Source: Candidatus Omnitrophota bacterium (lineage in GTDB: Bacteria; Omnitrophota; Gorgyraeia; Zapsychrales; Fredricksoniimonadaceae). From it: a stretch of DNA of 64,000 nt. Under the pieces are notes generated by a model. It worked only from the letters and a program-made list of their open reading frames with translations. It made no database searches and was not told the DNA's origin. The stretch lies in the NCBI GenBank assembly GCA_016201795.1, contig JACQCF010000004.1, positions 10,117-74,116 on the forward strand. Direction: 5' to 3'. The position numbers and the translations under genes were made by a program. This document shows, piece after piece, positions 54,864 through 64,000 of the stretch. How positions within the stretch are numbered: position 1 is the stretch's first letter; each line of letters opens with the position of its first letter.

Positions 54864-57448
54864 CGACTAATGAAATACGAGAGCGATTTTTAAATTTTTT
54901 TCAATCGAAAGGACACAAGATTATCACCGGCGACTCGCTGGTCCCTAAGGATGATGCGACCGTGCTTTTTACCACCGCCGGCATGCAGCAGTTTAAGCCG
55001 CAGTTTTTAGGCCGTATCGACGGCCCTACGCGCGCGGCCACCTGTCAAAAATGTTTACGCACGGATGATCTCGATCAAGTGGGTCACAGCGATGTCCATC
55101 ACACTTTTTTTGAGATGCTGGGCAATTTCTCCTTTGGCGATTATTTTAAGAAGGATGCTATCCATTGGGCGTGGGAGTTTTTGACCAAGGAATTGGGGAT
55201 ACCGATGCAGAAACTGTGGGTTTCCGTCTATAAGGATGATGAGGAAGCCCACCACATTTGGTTTAATGAAATCAAAGTTGCGGCCAACAAAATTATTAAA
55301 CTTGGCGATCAGAGCAATTTTTGGCCGTCCAATGCCAGGCTCAATGGCCCTAATGGCCCTTGCGGGCCCTGCTCAGAGATTTTTTTCGATTATGGCGTCA
55401 ATCCTCATTGCCCCAAAGGCAAAGATTGCGACCCCCTATGTTCTTGCGGCCGCTTCTCGGAAGTATGGAATTTAGTTTTTACCCAATTTAACCGCAAGGA
55501 CGGAGGTGTTCTAGAACCTTTGCCAGCGAAGAATATTGATACCGGCATGGGGCTGGAGCGTTTGGCGGCACTGGTGCAAGGCAAAAAGAGCAATTATGAG
55601 ACGGATGTTTTTGAGCCGATTTTAAAAGAGGTTCAATCAAAAATCAAAGGAATTTCTCAACAGGATACAAAGATTATTGCGGATCATATGAGGGCTGTTG
55701 TATTTGGTATTAGCGACGGGGTTATGCCTTCCAATGAAGGCCGCGGCTATGTGATACGTAAACTCATCGTGGATATCACGGATTTAGCCATACGTGCCGG
55801 GATTAATAAGCCGGTGATCCATACTTTGGTGGATGCGGTCATTCAAGTGATGGGCCAGCCGTATCCGGAAATTGTTAGAAAATCGTCGGAAATCACTGCT
55901 ATCATCAAGCGTATTGAAGAGGGTTTTATCAAGGGGCGTCGGCAAAGGGTTTTGGAATTGCAAGAATGTTTAGCTCAGGTGAAAACGAAAGCAACGGATT
56001 TAGGCCAATTATTTTTTTTGTACCGTGACACCCACGGGCTGACTTTGTCGACGATTGAGGCCGTGGCGCTGAAGGCAGGCATTTCGGATAGCCAGTTGGC
56101 CCAGGCCCTCAAAGTGTTCAAAGCGAAGATGCAGGAACAAAAAGAGCGTTCCCGTGCCGGCAGTAAAATGATGGGCGATGTATTTGCCGACCAGAATGTT
56201 GCTCTCAATGTGCCCAAGACGGAATTTTTAGGCTATAGCCAGCTCAAGGCTGATGCGACGGTGGTAAAAATTTTTAACGAAGCTGGTGAAATAAACCAGG
56301 CCACCGAAGGTCAGGCCGTTAAAATTATTTTAAACCGTACGCCCTTTTATGCTGAGGCTGGTGGTCAGGTGGGTGATACCGGTTATTTAACCACCGCTCA
56401 GGCAAAAGTGCGCGTGACGGATACGCAAAAGACCAATGATATTTATATCCACTTTGGTACCATCGAGCAAGGTGTCATTCAAGCCAAGGGTAAGGTCCAG
56501 GCGGCCATTGATCAAGAACGCCGTCTGGCGATTATGCGCAATCACACCGCCACGCATTTATTGCAAGCAGCTTTGCGTGAGGTTTTAGGCAGTCATATTA
56601 AACAACAGGGGTCTCTGGTGGCCCAGGATCGTTTGCGTTTTGACTTTACGCATCCGCAAGGCATCAAACCGCAGGAGATTGAAAAAATTGAGTCTAAGAT
56701 TAACGGGTTTATTCTTAATGACGATATGGTCACTAAAGAAGTTTTACCTTTGGAAGAAGCTAAGAAGAAAGGGGCTTTGGCGTTCTTCGCCGAGAAATAC
56801 GGCGATACCGTGCGGGTTGTTTCTATCGGTAATTATTCCAAAGAATTTTGCGGCGGTACTCACTTAGATTCTACCAGTCAGGCAGGTCCTTTTAAAATTG
56901 TTAGTGAAGGATCGGTGGCTCAGGGGATTCGTCGTATGGAAGCCGTGACCGGTAAGGCCGCGGTTGAAGCTTTCTTGAAAAAGAAACAACAAGAAGAGTC
57001 GGCCAAACAACAAAGCCAGCGCATGAAGCAGCTGGAGAGACAAAAGCAAAATTCCCATTTTGAGCTGATCAAATCCTCGGTGGATGAGCTCATCCGCGGG
57101 GCCGAAAATGTCAAAGGGATAAGCGTTATTACCCGTTGTTTGGAAGGGGCGGATATTGCTTTATTACGTAAATTATCTGATCTTTTAAAAAAAAAGTTAC
57201 CGTCGGGAGTTTTTATCCTAGGTGCTAAAAGTAAGCAGGACGCTTCCTTGATTGTGTCTGTTACGGATGACCTGGTAACTAAGGGGATTAAGGCTAATGA
57301 GTTGGTAGACCAAATCGCCTTGTTGATTGACGGTAGCGGCGGCGGGCGTGCGAATATGGCCCAGGCAGGCGGGAAGGGTGTGGATAAGCTGGACACTGCT
57401 TTAGCCAAGGCGAAAAAAATTATTGAGGCGTCATTACCAGGAGTATAA
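54860..57448 (+). CDS. alaS: Alanine--tRNA ligase
   Basis: 862 aa. Class II motifs. Editing domain HTATHLL. C-terminal DHHA1. Confidence 0.95.
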   Translation: MTTNEIRERFLNFFQSKGHKIITGDSLVPKDDATVLFTTAGMQQFKPQFLGRIDGPTRAATCQKCLRTDDLDQVGHSDVHHTFFEMLGNFSFGDYFKKDAIHWAWEFLTKELGIPMQKLWVSVYKDDEEAHHIWFNEIKVAANKIIKLGDQSNFWPSNARLNGPNGPCGPCSEIFFDYGVNPHCPKGKDCDPLCSCGRFSEVWNLVFTQFNRKDGGVLEPLPAKNIDTGMGLERLAALVQGKKSNYETDVFEPILKEVQSKIKGISQQDTKIIADHMRAVVFGISDGVMPSNEGRGYVIRKLIVDITDLAIRAGINKPVIHTLVDAVIQVMGQPYPEIVRKSSEITAIIKRIEEGFIKGRRQRVLELQECLAQVKTKATDLGQLFFLYRDTHGLTLSTIEAVALKAGISDSQLAQALKVFKAKMQEQKERSRAGSKMMGDVFADQNVALNVPKTEFLGYSQLKADATVVKIFNEAGEINQATEGQAVKIILNRTPFYAEAGGQVGDTGYLTTAQAKVRVTDTQKTNDIYIHFGTIEQGVIQAKGKVQAAIDQERRLAIMRNHTATHLLQAALREVLGSHIKQQGSLVAQDRLRFDFTHPQGIKPQEIEKIESKINGFILNDDMVTKEVLPLEEAKKKGALAFFAEKYGDTVRVVSIGNYSKEFCGGTHLDSTSQAGPFKIVSEGSVAQGIRRMEAVTGKAAVEAFLKKKQQEESAKQQSQRMKQLERQKQNSHFELIKSSVDELIRGAENVKGISVITRCLEGADIALLRKLSDLLKKKLPSGVFILGAKSKQDASLIVSVTDDLVTKGIKANELVDQIALLIDGSGGGRANMAQAGGKGVDKLDTALAKAKKIIEASLPGV

Positions 57449-57459
57449 CGACGAAGATT

Positions 57460-58686
57460 ATGAAACTGATTAAACAAACCGGCCAGAATATTGAGAAGCT
57501 ATGCAATCGTCACCTGTCTTTTCGTAAGAAACGCATTGAAGAAAAGGTTCGCGGCATTATCGATGATGTACGGACTAACGGGGATGACGCGCTCATGAAA
57601 TACACCAGGCGTTTTGATGGTGTCGAATTGACGCCGCGTCAGCTTCAGGTGGCGGAAAGCGAAATTTCCAGCGCGTTTCAAAACATTACCCCGGATTTCG
57701 TGGAGCATTTAAAAACGATTATCAATAATGTTTCTAATTATTACAAGAAACAGCTCAAAAAGCCCTGCAAAGTCAAAGGACGTGACGGTGTTCTTTTAAA
57801 AGAGGAAATCAGGCCTTTGGAATCGGTGGGGATTTATATTCCGGCAGGGACCGCGCCTCTGGTTTCCTCGGTGTATATGACCGCGGTGCCGGCGATTATC
57901 GCCGGTGTCAAACGCGTGGTGATCGTTACTCCGCCTAACAAAGAGGCCCAAGTCAATCCTTATATTTTGGCGGTGGCTAATCTTTTGAAGGTCAGCGAGA
58001 TTTACAAATTAGGCGGGGCGCAGGCCGTGGCCGCCCTGGCGCTGGGAACAAAAACAATTCCCAAAGTCGATAAAATCGTCGGCCCTGGTAATATGTATGT
58101 AACGGAAGCCAAACGCCAATTATTCGGTTACGTGGATATTGATATGTTAGCCGGTCCGACGGAGTTGCTGGTGATCGCCACCCGCTACAGCAATGTGGAT
58201 TACGTGGTTGCCGACCTGGAAGCACAAATGGAACACGTGGGTGGTTTGTCGATTTTAGTCAGCACTTCCAAACAATTGATTCAACAAGTACGCGAGAGGG
58301 TGGCCAACGGTTATTGCATCTATTGCAAGAATATGGATGAGGCTGTTGAAATTGCCAATCAGATCGCTCCCGAACATTTGCAGATTGTCACCAATAATGC
58401 GGTGAGCATCGCCAGGAAAATTAAAAACGCGGGCGCGATTTTTTTAGGCCCCTATAGCCCGACGGCTTTGGGTGATTATGCGGCCGGTCCCAGCCATGTT
58501 TTGCCAACGATGGGCACAGCCAGATTTTTTTCCGGGCTTTGTCTGTCGGATTTTACCAAGACCAGCCACGTGATCGCGTATTCGAAAAAGGCTTTGGAAC
58601 GGGTGCGCGGACCCGTAGAGAAGGTGGCACATTTGGAAGGTTTAACTAAACATGCGGATTCTGTTAATGTGAGGTTTAAAACATGA
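57460..58686 (+). CDS. hisD: Histidinol dehydrogenase
   Basis: 408 aa with conserved HisD core. Confidence 0.9.
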   Translation: MKLIKQTGQNIEKLCNRHLSFRKKRIEEKVRGIIDDVRTNGDDALMKYTRRFDGVELTPRQLQVAESEISSAFQNITPDFVEHLKTIINNVSNYYKKQLKKPCKVKGRDGVLLKEEIRPLESVGIYIPAGTAPLVSSVYMTAVPAIIAGVKRVVIVTPPNKEAQVNPYILAVANLLKVSEIYKLGGAQAVAALALGTKTIPKVDKIVGPGNMYVTEAKRQLFGYVDIDMLAGPTELLVIATRYSNVDYVVADLEAQMEHVGGLSILVSTSKQLIQQVRERVANGYCIYCKNMDEAVEIANQIAPEHLQIVTNNAVSIARKIKNAGAIFLGPYSPTALGDYAAGPSHVLPTMGTARFFSGLCLSDFTKTSHVIAYSKKALERVRGPVEKVAHLEGLTKHADSVNVRFKT

Positions 58687-59294
58687 TACAACGCAAAGCA
58701 AAAATTGAACGTAAGTCTAAAGAGACTCAAATCAAAGTTTCTCTGAATGTCGACGGCAAAGGCCGGGCAAAGATCAAAACACCTATCGGTTTTTTGGATC
58801 ACATGCTCGAGCTGTTTGCTTTTCATGGGCTTTTTGATTTGGATTTGTCTGTAGCCGGGGACACTCATATCGACATTCATCACACCAATGAAGACATCGG
58901 TATTGTTTTAGGCAAAGCTTTTAAGAAAGCACTCGGCGAGAGTAAAGCTGGGATTAAGCGTTTTGGCTATGCCTTTGCGCCGATGGAGGCCACTGTTGGT
59001 CGTTGTGTGATCGATATTTCCGGTCGTGGATTTTTTAAGTTTAATGGTGTAGCTGGTATGCCTGATGAACGGGGAACCGATGGTTATGGGTTTTCCCATC
59101 TTGAGCATTTTATGGAAAGCTTTGCCCACAATTTGGGGGCAACGTTAATCTTAAACTTGCAAAATCCGAGTAATGATTTACATACGAACTTAGAGACGAT
59201 GTTTAAGTCTCTAGGGCTGGCTTTAGATCAGGCTACTACCGTTGATCCTCGTCGGGTAGGTCAAGTACCTTCCACCAAAGGGATTATCGATTGA
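58683..59294 (+). CDS. hisB: Imidazoleglycerol-phosphate dehydratase
   Basis: DTHIDIHHTNEDIGIVLG motif. Confidence 0.9.
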   Translation: MIQRKAKIERKSKETQIKVSLNVDGKGRAKIKTPIGFLDHMLELFAFHGLFDLDLSVAGDTHIDIHHTNEDIGIVLGKAFKKALGESKAGIKRFGYAFAPMEATVGRCVIDISGRGFFKFNGVAGMPDERGTDGYGFSHLEHFMESFAHNLGATLILNLQNPSNDLHTNLETMFKSLGLALDQATTVDPRRVGQVPSTKGIID

Positions 59295-59378
59295 GCGGGT
59301 GGCCGAAGGAGGGGCATCCCCGTTTTTCGTAACGTTAGTGAGAAAAATGGGGATACCTGAGGACAGGACCCGCTCAAT
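59290..59378. other. 89-bp structured intergenic element bounded by perfect 11-bp inverted repeats ATTGAGCGGGT / ACCCGCTCAAT, with internal GGGGCATCCCC-T5 hairpin and alternative pairing to GGGGAT
   Basis: Seen directly. The left arm overlaps the hisB stop codon. Confidence 0.4.
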
Positions 59379-59392
59379 CTGTTAGAGCAAAT

Positions 59393-59992
59393 ATGATTGC
59401 AATCATTGATTACGGCATGGGGAACTTACGCAGCGTGCAAAAAGCGCTGGAGAAAGTCGGCGCCCGGGCGCAAATCACCCATAACACTGAGGATATTTCA
59501 AAAGCACAAAAAGTAGTTTTGCCCGGTGTCGGAGCTATGGCACCCGCCATGCAGAAATTGAAAGAGTTGGGGCTGGTGGATGTTGTGCGCCGGGTGATCA
59601 AAGAAGGTAAACCGTTCTTAGGGATTTGTTTAGGTTTGCAATTGCTGTTTGAGAAAAGCTCGGAAGGCGGCTATGTGGAAGGTTTAAGCATCATTCCCGG
59701 CACCGTTGAGCGTTTTACTTCTCTTAAAGTTCCTCATATGGGCTGGAACCAAATTAATATTCAAAGCGCAGGGCAGGCGATGTTTAAAGGCATTAACAGC
59801 GGCGAGAATGTGTATTTTTGTCATTCCTATTTTGTACAACCGAAAGATAAAGCTATTGCCGCCAGCATCACCACTTATGGCATTGATTGTGTATCGTCGG
59901 TGGTAAAGGGTAATATCTGGGGCGTACAGTTTCACCCGGAAAAAAGTCAAACCGTCGGTCTTCAAATCTTAAAAAATTTTGTAGCCTTATGA
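59393..59992 (+). CDS. hisH: Imidazole glycerol phosphate synthase, glutamine amidotransferase subunit
   Basis: Class I GATase with the catalytic Cys in GICLGLQLL. Confidence 0.9.
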   Translation: MIAIIDYGMGNLRSVQKALEKVGARAQITHNTEDISKAQKVVLPGVGAMAPAMQKLKELGLVDVVRRVIKEGKPFLGICLGLQLLFEKSSEGGYVEGLSIIPGTVERFTSLKVPHMGWNQINIQSAGQAMFKGINSGENVYFCHSYFVQPKDKAIAASITTYGIDCVSSVVKGNIWGVQFHPEKSQTVGLQILKNFVAL

Positions 59993-60708
59993 TTTTAATA
60001 CCAGCTATTGACATCAAAGACGGCAGAGTGGTGCGTTTGTTTCAAGGCAAATTTGCCGAGGTAACCGAATACGACCAGGATCCGGTGGCCGTGGCTAAGA
60101 AATGGGAATCATTGGGAGCCCAATGGCTTCATGTGGTGGATTTAGATGGGGCCAAAACAGGGGCCATGCAAAACCAGGATGTCATTGCCGCCATAGCTAA
60201 GACTGTTGATATCCCTATTGAAGTCGGCGGCGGTATCCGCGATGAACAGACGGTGGAATATCTTTTTTCAAAGGCCAAAGTGGCGCGGGTGATTCTGGCA
60301 ACCAGGGCGATTAAAGATCGTGATTTTTTAAAGAAGATACTGGCTGCTTACGGCCATAAGATTGGCGTGAGCTTCGACTGTTCCAATGGTCTGGTGGCCG
60401 AGCGCGGTTGGGTGTCGATGACGAATATTAAAGCCGTGGATTTAGCTAAAGAATTGGAGTATTTAGGGCTTCAATGGATGGTTTACACCGACATCGCCCG
60501 CGATGGCACGTTGGCAGGACCGAATTTTGAGCAATTGCAACTGATGGCTCAAACCGTCGATAAAATTAATCTCATTGCGTCCGGCGGCATTGGAACTCTG
60601 GATGATGTCAAGAAACTAGCTTCGATGAAGACTATTGCAGCGGCCATTACCGGTAAAGCGATTTATGAAGGAACATTGGACTTTCAGCAAGCGCTAAAGG
60701 TATGTTAA
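59989..60708 (+). CDS. hisA: ProFAR isomerase
   Basis: TIM-barrel HisA signature ([14 protein letters not shown]). Confidence 0.9.
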   Translation: MILIPAIDIKDGRVVRLFQGKFAEVTEYDQDPVAVAKKWESLGAQWLHVVDLDGAKTGAMQNQDVIAAIAKTVDIPIEVGGGIRDEQTVEYLFSKAKVARVILATRAIKDRDFLKKILAAYGHKIGVSFDCSNGLVAERGWVSMTNIKAVDLAKELEYLGLQWMVYTDIARDGTLAGPNFEQLQLMAQTVDKINLIASGGIGTLDDVKKLASMKTIAAAITGKAIYEGTLDFQQALKVC

Positions 60709-61454
60709 ACAGACGTATTATTCCATGTTTGGATGTCAAAGACGGGCGGGTGGTCAAGGGTGTTAATTTTGTCCAGCTTAAGGATGCCGGCGATCCTGTG
60801 GACTGCGCCAAAGCTTACGATGCTGTTGGTGCGGATGAATTGGTTTTTTTGGATATTACGGCTAGTTTTGAGAAGCGTAAAATTTTTATGGAGGTGGTAC
60901 AAAAAACAGCTGAACAGGTTTTTATGCCGCTGACGGTCGGAGGCGGGATTAACAATGTCAGCGATATCCGCGCTTTGTTAAATGCTGGAGCGGATAAGGT
61001 GTCTATCAATACCGCAGCGGTGAATGAGCCCGGACTTGTGCGTCGGGCAGCGAATATGTTTGGTTGCCAGTGTATTGTGGTGGCTATCGATGCCAAACGT
61101 GTTGGCGACACTTATGAAGTTTTTACGCACGGGGGGCGCACTCCGGCGAAAAAAAATGCTATACGGTGGGCTCGTGAAGCAGAATCGTCGGGTGCCGGGG
61201 AAATCCTTTTGACTAGCATGGATGCCGACGGTACTAAAAACGGCTATGATATCGCTTTAACCAAAGCCGTGGCCGAGGCGGTGAATATTCCGGTGATTGC
61301 CTCCGGCGGTGCGGGAAGCCTGGAGCATTTTTATGAGGTTTTCACTCAAACCGGTGTGGATGCGGCGCTAGCGGCATCGGTTTTTCATTACGGTGAAATT
61401 TCGATTCCAGAAGTGAAAAAATATCTTAAAGAAAGACGGGTGAATGTGCGATGA
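60702..61454 (+). CDS. hisF: Imidazole glycerol phosphate synthase cyclase subunit
   Basis: [16 protein letters not shown] ... SGGAGS. Confidence 0.9.
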   Translation: MLNRRIIPCLDVKDGRVVKGVNFVQLKDAGDPVDCAKAYDAVGADELVFLDITASFEKRKIFMEVVQKTAEQVFMPLTVGGGINNVSDIRALLNAGADKVSINTAAVNEPGLVRRAANMFGCQCIVVAIDAKRVGDTYEVFTHGGRTPAKKNAIRWAREAESSGAGEILLTSMDADGTKNGYDIALTKAVAEAVNIPVIASGGAGSLEHFYEVFTQTGVDAALAASVFHYGEISIPEVKKYLKERRVNVR

Positions 61455-61807
61455 GTAAAATAATACCTGAAACCATACAAATTACGACGAGAAATTTAAA
61501 TAAATTAAAATTCAACGCACAGGATCTGATTCCAGCCGTCATTCAGGATTATCAAGATAAAACAGTGTTGATGATGGCGTACATGAATTTGGAATCCATC
61601 AAGCGCACGCTGAAATTAGGCAAGACCTGTTTTTGGTCGCGTTCACGCGGCCAATATTGGGTGAAAGGGGAAACGTCCGGCCATTTTCAATTTGTCAAAG
61701 GCATCTGGTATGACTGCGATGGCGACTGCCTGTTGATTAAGGTGCGTCAAATCGGAGCAGCCTGCCATATGAATAAGAGAAGTTGTTTTTATAGAAAGAT
61801 TAAATAA
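61451..61807 (+). CDS. hisI: Phosphoribosyl-AMP cyclohydrolase
   Basis: 118 aa. [14 protein letters not shown] ... CDGDCLL metal-binding motifs. Confidence 0.85.
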   Translation: MSKIIPETIQITTRNLNKLKFNAQDLIPAVIQDYQDKTVLMMAYMNLESIKRTLKLGKTCFWSRSRGQYWVKGETSGHFQFVKGIWYDCDGDCLLIKVRQIGAACHMNKRSCFYRKIK

Positions 61808-61809
61808 AT

Positions 61810-63303
61810 ATGAACTGTTTGTCTCGAGAAGATTTTTTAAAACTGTCCCAAAAGGGGAATTTAATTCCCGTTTACAAAGAGATTTTGGGCGATTGTCTGA
61901 CACCGGCCTCGGCCTATCTGCATTTGGCTAAAAAAGCTAAATATTCCTTTCTTTTGGAATCTATCGAGGGCCAGGAGAAGTTTGCACGGTTTTCTTTTAT
62001 TGCCCGCAATCCTTCTTTGATCGTCCGCAGCAAGGGCCGCACTGCCGAGATTATTCGTATAGTCAAGGGTAAAGTTGAGGCAGAGAAAAGACCAATTCAA
62101 TCCTCACCGCTGGACATCGTACGGGAATTGATGAAAGCTTATCAAGCGGTTGATGTAGCGCCATTGCCCCGATTCTACGGCGGTATGGTAGGTTTTTTAA
62201 GTTATGACTGTGTGCGTTTTTTTGAACGCCTACCGCAAAACACACAGGATGATTTGAATTTGCCTGATATGGTTCTGGCTCTAGCACAGGACCTAGTTGT
62301 TTTTGACCATCGCCACCATACCATTAAGGTGGTTTCCTGTGCGCATTTGGTAGCAGAAGATTCACAGGCCGTTAAAATTCAAAAATACAATGAAGCGATC
62401 AAAAAGATTGATGGGTTAATTCAAGAACTGCGCCAGCCGGTGGCTGTCAAAAGCCTTGAGCTTTCGGGTAAGAAAAAGATCAAAGTGACATCCAACTGTA
62501 CGCAAAAACAGTATGAAGACATGGTCGCAACCGCCAAGAAATATATCCACGACGGAGATATTATTCAGGTGGTCTTGTCCCAGCGTTTTGAAGCCAAGAT
62601 TTCAGTTGATCCTTTCACGATTTATCGGGCCTTGCGCGCACTGAATCCGTCGCCTTATATGTTTTATTTGAATTTTGATGGTTTGTATTTGGTAGGAGCT
62701 TCCCCGGAGCTTTTGGTGCGCTGTGAAAATGGTTTGGTCGAAATTCGTCCGATTGCCGGTACGCGTCCTCGAGGAAAAACTCAAGCCGAAGACGAAGCTT
62801 TGGAAAAAGACCTGTTGGCGGATCCCAAAGAAAAGGCCGAGCATGTGATGCTGGTGGATTTGGGCCGCAATGATTTAGGCCGCATTTGTCAACAGGGGAC
62901 GGTTAAACTTTCTGAGTTTATGGCCATTGAACGCTATTCGCACGTGATGCATATTGTCAGCAATGTGCAGGGTCAACTGCGGCAAGATAAAGATGCTTTG
63001 GATGTGCTGGAAGCGGCATTTCCGGCGGGGACAGTGGCGGGAGCGCCTAAAATCCGCGCCATGGAAATCATTGAAGATTTAGAAATCAAAAGACGAGGGC
63101 CCTACGCGGGGGCGGTGGGATACTTTAGCTTTTCAAAAAATCTTGATACTTGTATAACTATACGTACAATAGTCGTGCATCGCGGCAAGGCTTATGTGCA
63201 GGCGGGAGCCGGGATCGTGGCTGATTCTGTTGGTTCAAAAGAGTATCAGGAAACCGTCAGTAAAGCCCGCGCGCAGATTCGGGCTATTGAATTGGCACAT
63301 TAA
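61810..63303 (+). CDS. trpE: Anthranilate synthase component I
   Basis: 497 aa. Chorismate-binding core (LMLVDLGRNDLGR, GAVGYF). Confidence 0.9.
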   Translation: MNCLSREDFLKLSQKGNLIPVYKEILGDCLTPASAYLHLAKKAKYSFLLESIEGQEKFARFSFIARNPSLIVRSKGRTAEIIRIVKGKVEAEKRPIQSSPLDIVRELMKAYQAVDVAPLPRFYGGMVGFLSYDCVRFFERLPQNTQDDLNLPDMVLALAQDLVVFDHRHHTIKVVSCAHLVAEDSQAVKIQKYNEAIKKIDGLIQELRQPVAVKSLELSGKKKIKVTSNCTQKQYEDMVATAKKYIHDGDIIQVVLSQRFEAKISVDPFTIYRALRALNPSPYMFYLNFDGLYLVGASPELLVRCENGLVEIRPIAGTRPRGKTQAEDEALEKDLLADPKEKAEHVMLVDLGRNDLGRICQQGTVKLSEFMAIERYSHVMHIVSNVQGQLRQDKDALDVLEAAFPAGTVAGAPKIRAMEIIEDLEIKRRGPYAGAVGYFSFSKNLDTCITIRTIVVHRGKAYVQAGAGIVADSVGSKEYQETVSKARAQIRAIELAH

Positions 63304-63420
63304 AAAATTAGCATTCCCCTCCCTTGGTGGGAGGGGCTAGGGGAGGGGGAAATAGCTGGAATTGTCCCCCACCCTAACCCTCCCCACAAGGGGGAGGGAA
63401 ACAAAAAGAGAGGACGATTA
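63304..63420 (+). terminator. G/C-rich multi-hairpin region (CCCCTCCC-TTGGT-GGGAGGGG and CCCTCCCC-ACAA-GGGGGAGGG) between trpE and rpsP
   Basis: Seen directly. No strong poly-U tract, so classification as a terminator is tentative. Confidence 0.4.
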
Positions 63421-63663
63421 ATGGAAGTTCGCATCAGATTACAAAAAGCAGGTAAAGTGGCTAACAAAGCTTATAACTACCGTATCGTGGTTTTGCCGCG
63501 CCAAGAGGGCCGTGACGGCAGAACGCTGGATATTTTAGGTTATTATGATCCGACCAAAAAACCAGCCATGTATTCGCTGGAGAAAGAAAAGATCAACGCC
63601 TGGGTGGCTAAAGGCGCGCAGTTAAGCGACACCGTGCGTAGTTTGCTCAAGAAGGCTAAATAG
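63421..63663 (+). CDS. rpsP: 30S ribosomal protein S16
   Basis: VRIRLQKAGKVANKAYNYRIVV...RDGRTLDILGYYDP. Confidence 0.9.
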   Translation: MEVRIRLQKAGKVANKAYNYRIVVLPRQEGRDGRTLDILGYYDPTKKPAMYSLEKEKINAWVAKGAQLSDTVRSLLKKAK

Positions 63664-63673
63664 CGAGGTTATT

Positions 63674-63961
63674 ATGCCCCAAGATAATGGTATTTTTGTC
63701 GTCTATGCAGTGATCATAGGCATTTTTTATTTTTTGGTATTTCGTCCCCAGCGCCAGCGTCAAAAAGAACTTAAGACCATGCTGGGGAACTTGAAGAAGA
63801 ATGATGAAGTGGTGACCTCATCTGGTATTCACGGTGTCGTTGTCATCGTCAAAGATAAAACTGTGGTGGTACGGGTGGATGATAATTGCCGCATCGAGTT
63901 TGATAAAGACGCTGTCACCACGGTCCAATCTAATAGCGTCAAAGTTGAAGTGGTAAAGTAG
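63674..63961 (+). CDS. yajC: Preprotein translocase subunit YajC-like
   Basis: Single TM, then KKNDEVVTSSGIHGVVVIVKD YajC motif. Confidence 0.7.
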   Translation: MPQDNGIFVVYAVIIGIFYFLVFRPQRQRQKELKTMLGNLKKNDEVVTSSGIHGVVVIVKDKTVVVRVDDNCRIEFDKDAVTTVQSNSVKVEVVK

Positions 63962-64000
63962 GGGCGAGGTAACCCCGTCCGTACAGGAATAGAAAGGCAT

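Noticed and set aside
1-64000. CRISPR arrays, rRNA genes, IS elements with transposase
   Set aside because: No regularly spaced short direct repeats, no rRNA-like sequence and no transposase-like ORF were seen. The only recombinase is the tyrosine integrase.

Overview
The window is essentially a single-strand (+) coding stretch with four blocks. (1) 1-5285: the 3' part of a large iterative type I PKS (AT-ACP-KR-DH-PPTase plus two fused hotdog thioesterase domains), cut by the window start. (2) 5295-24190: a regulatory module (big polytopic sensor histidine kinase, four CheY-like receiver proteins, a divergent XRE/cupin regulator with two palindromic operator copies) upstream of an almost complete type II secretion / pseudopilus operon (gspE F G H I J K L M C D). 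In that operon gspE is internally deleted and frameshifted, the gspL-like gene has no canonical start codon, and the secretin carries a TonB-C-like tail. Three AT-rich secreted or coiled-coil proteins of unknown function follow. (3) 24178-35700: an RHS/YD-repeat giant surface protein locus. A 490-aa YD-repeat ORF and a 2945-aa ORF appear to be one gene interrupted by a ~1.2 kb AT-rich cassette with two small membrane proteins, flanked by a degenerate duplicate of the YD segment. The giant protein combines an RHS core end (DPxGL), a Gly-zipper, YD repeats, Ig/FN3 repeats, a beta-propeller-like region and a C-terminal C39-like peptidase-fold domain. (4) 36170-51971: an integrative conjugative element-like island. 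Its cargo is brnT/brnA, two unknown genes (one AT-rich with a HEPN Rx4HxY motif) and a TPR lipoprotein. It also carries a Replic_Relax-like gene, a VirB/Trb-type T4SS (B2, B3-B4, ssb, B5, B6, B8, B9, B10, lipoproteins, VirD4), an excisionase and a tyrosine integrase abutting tRNA-Ala(CGC). After the tRNA comes chromosomal housekeeping: rsmE, yefM-yoeB, recA-recX, alaS, hisDB-HAFI, trpE, rpsP, yajC. No rRNA or CRISPR array was seen. Taxon cannot be assigned from the sequence alone; the giant genes, T2SS-like operon and moderate GC would fit an uncultivated lineage. All domain calls are from reading the translated ORFs (motif-level recognition), not from database searches.
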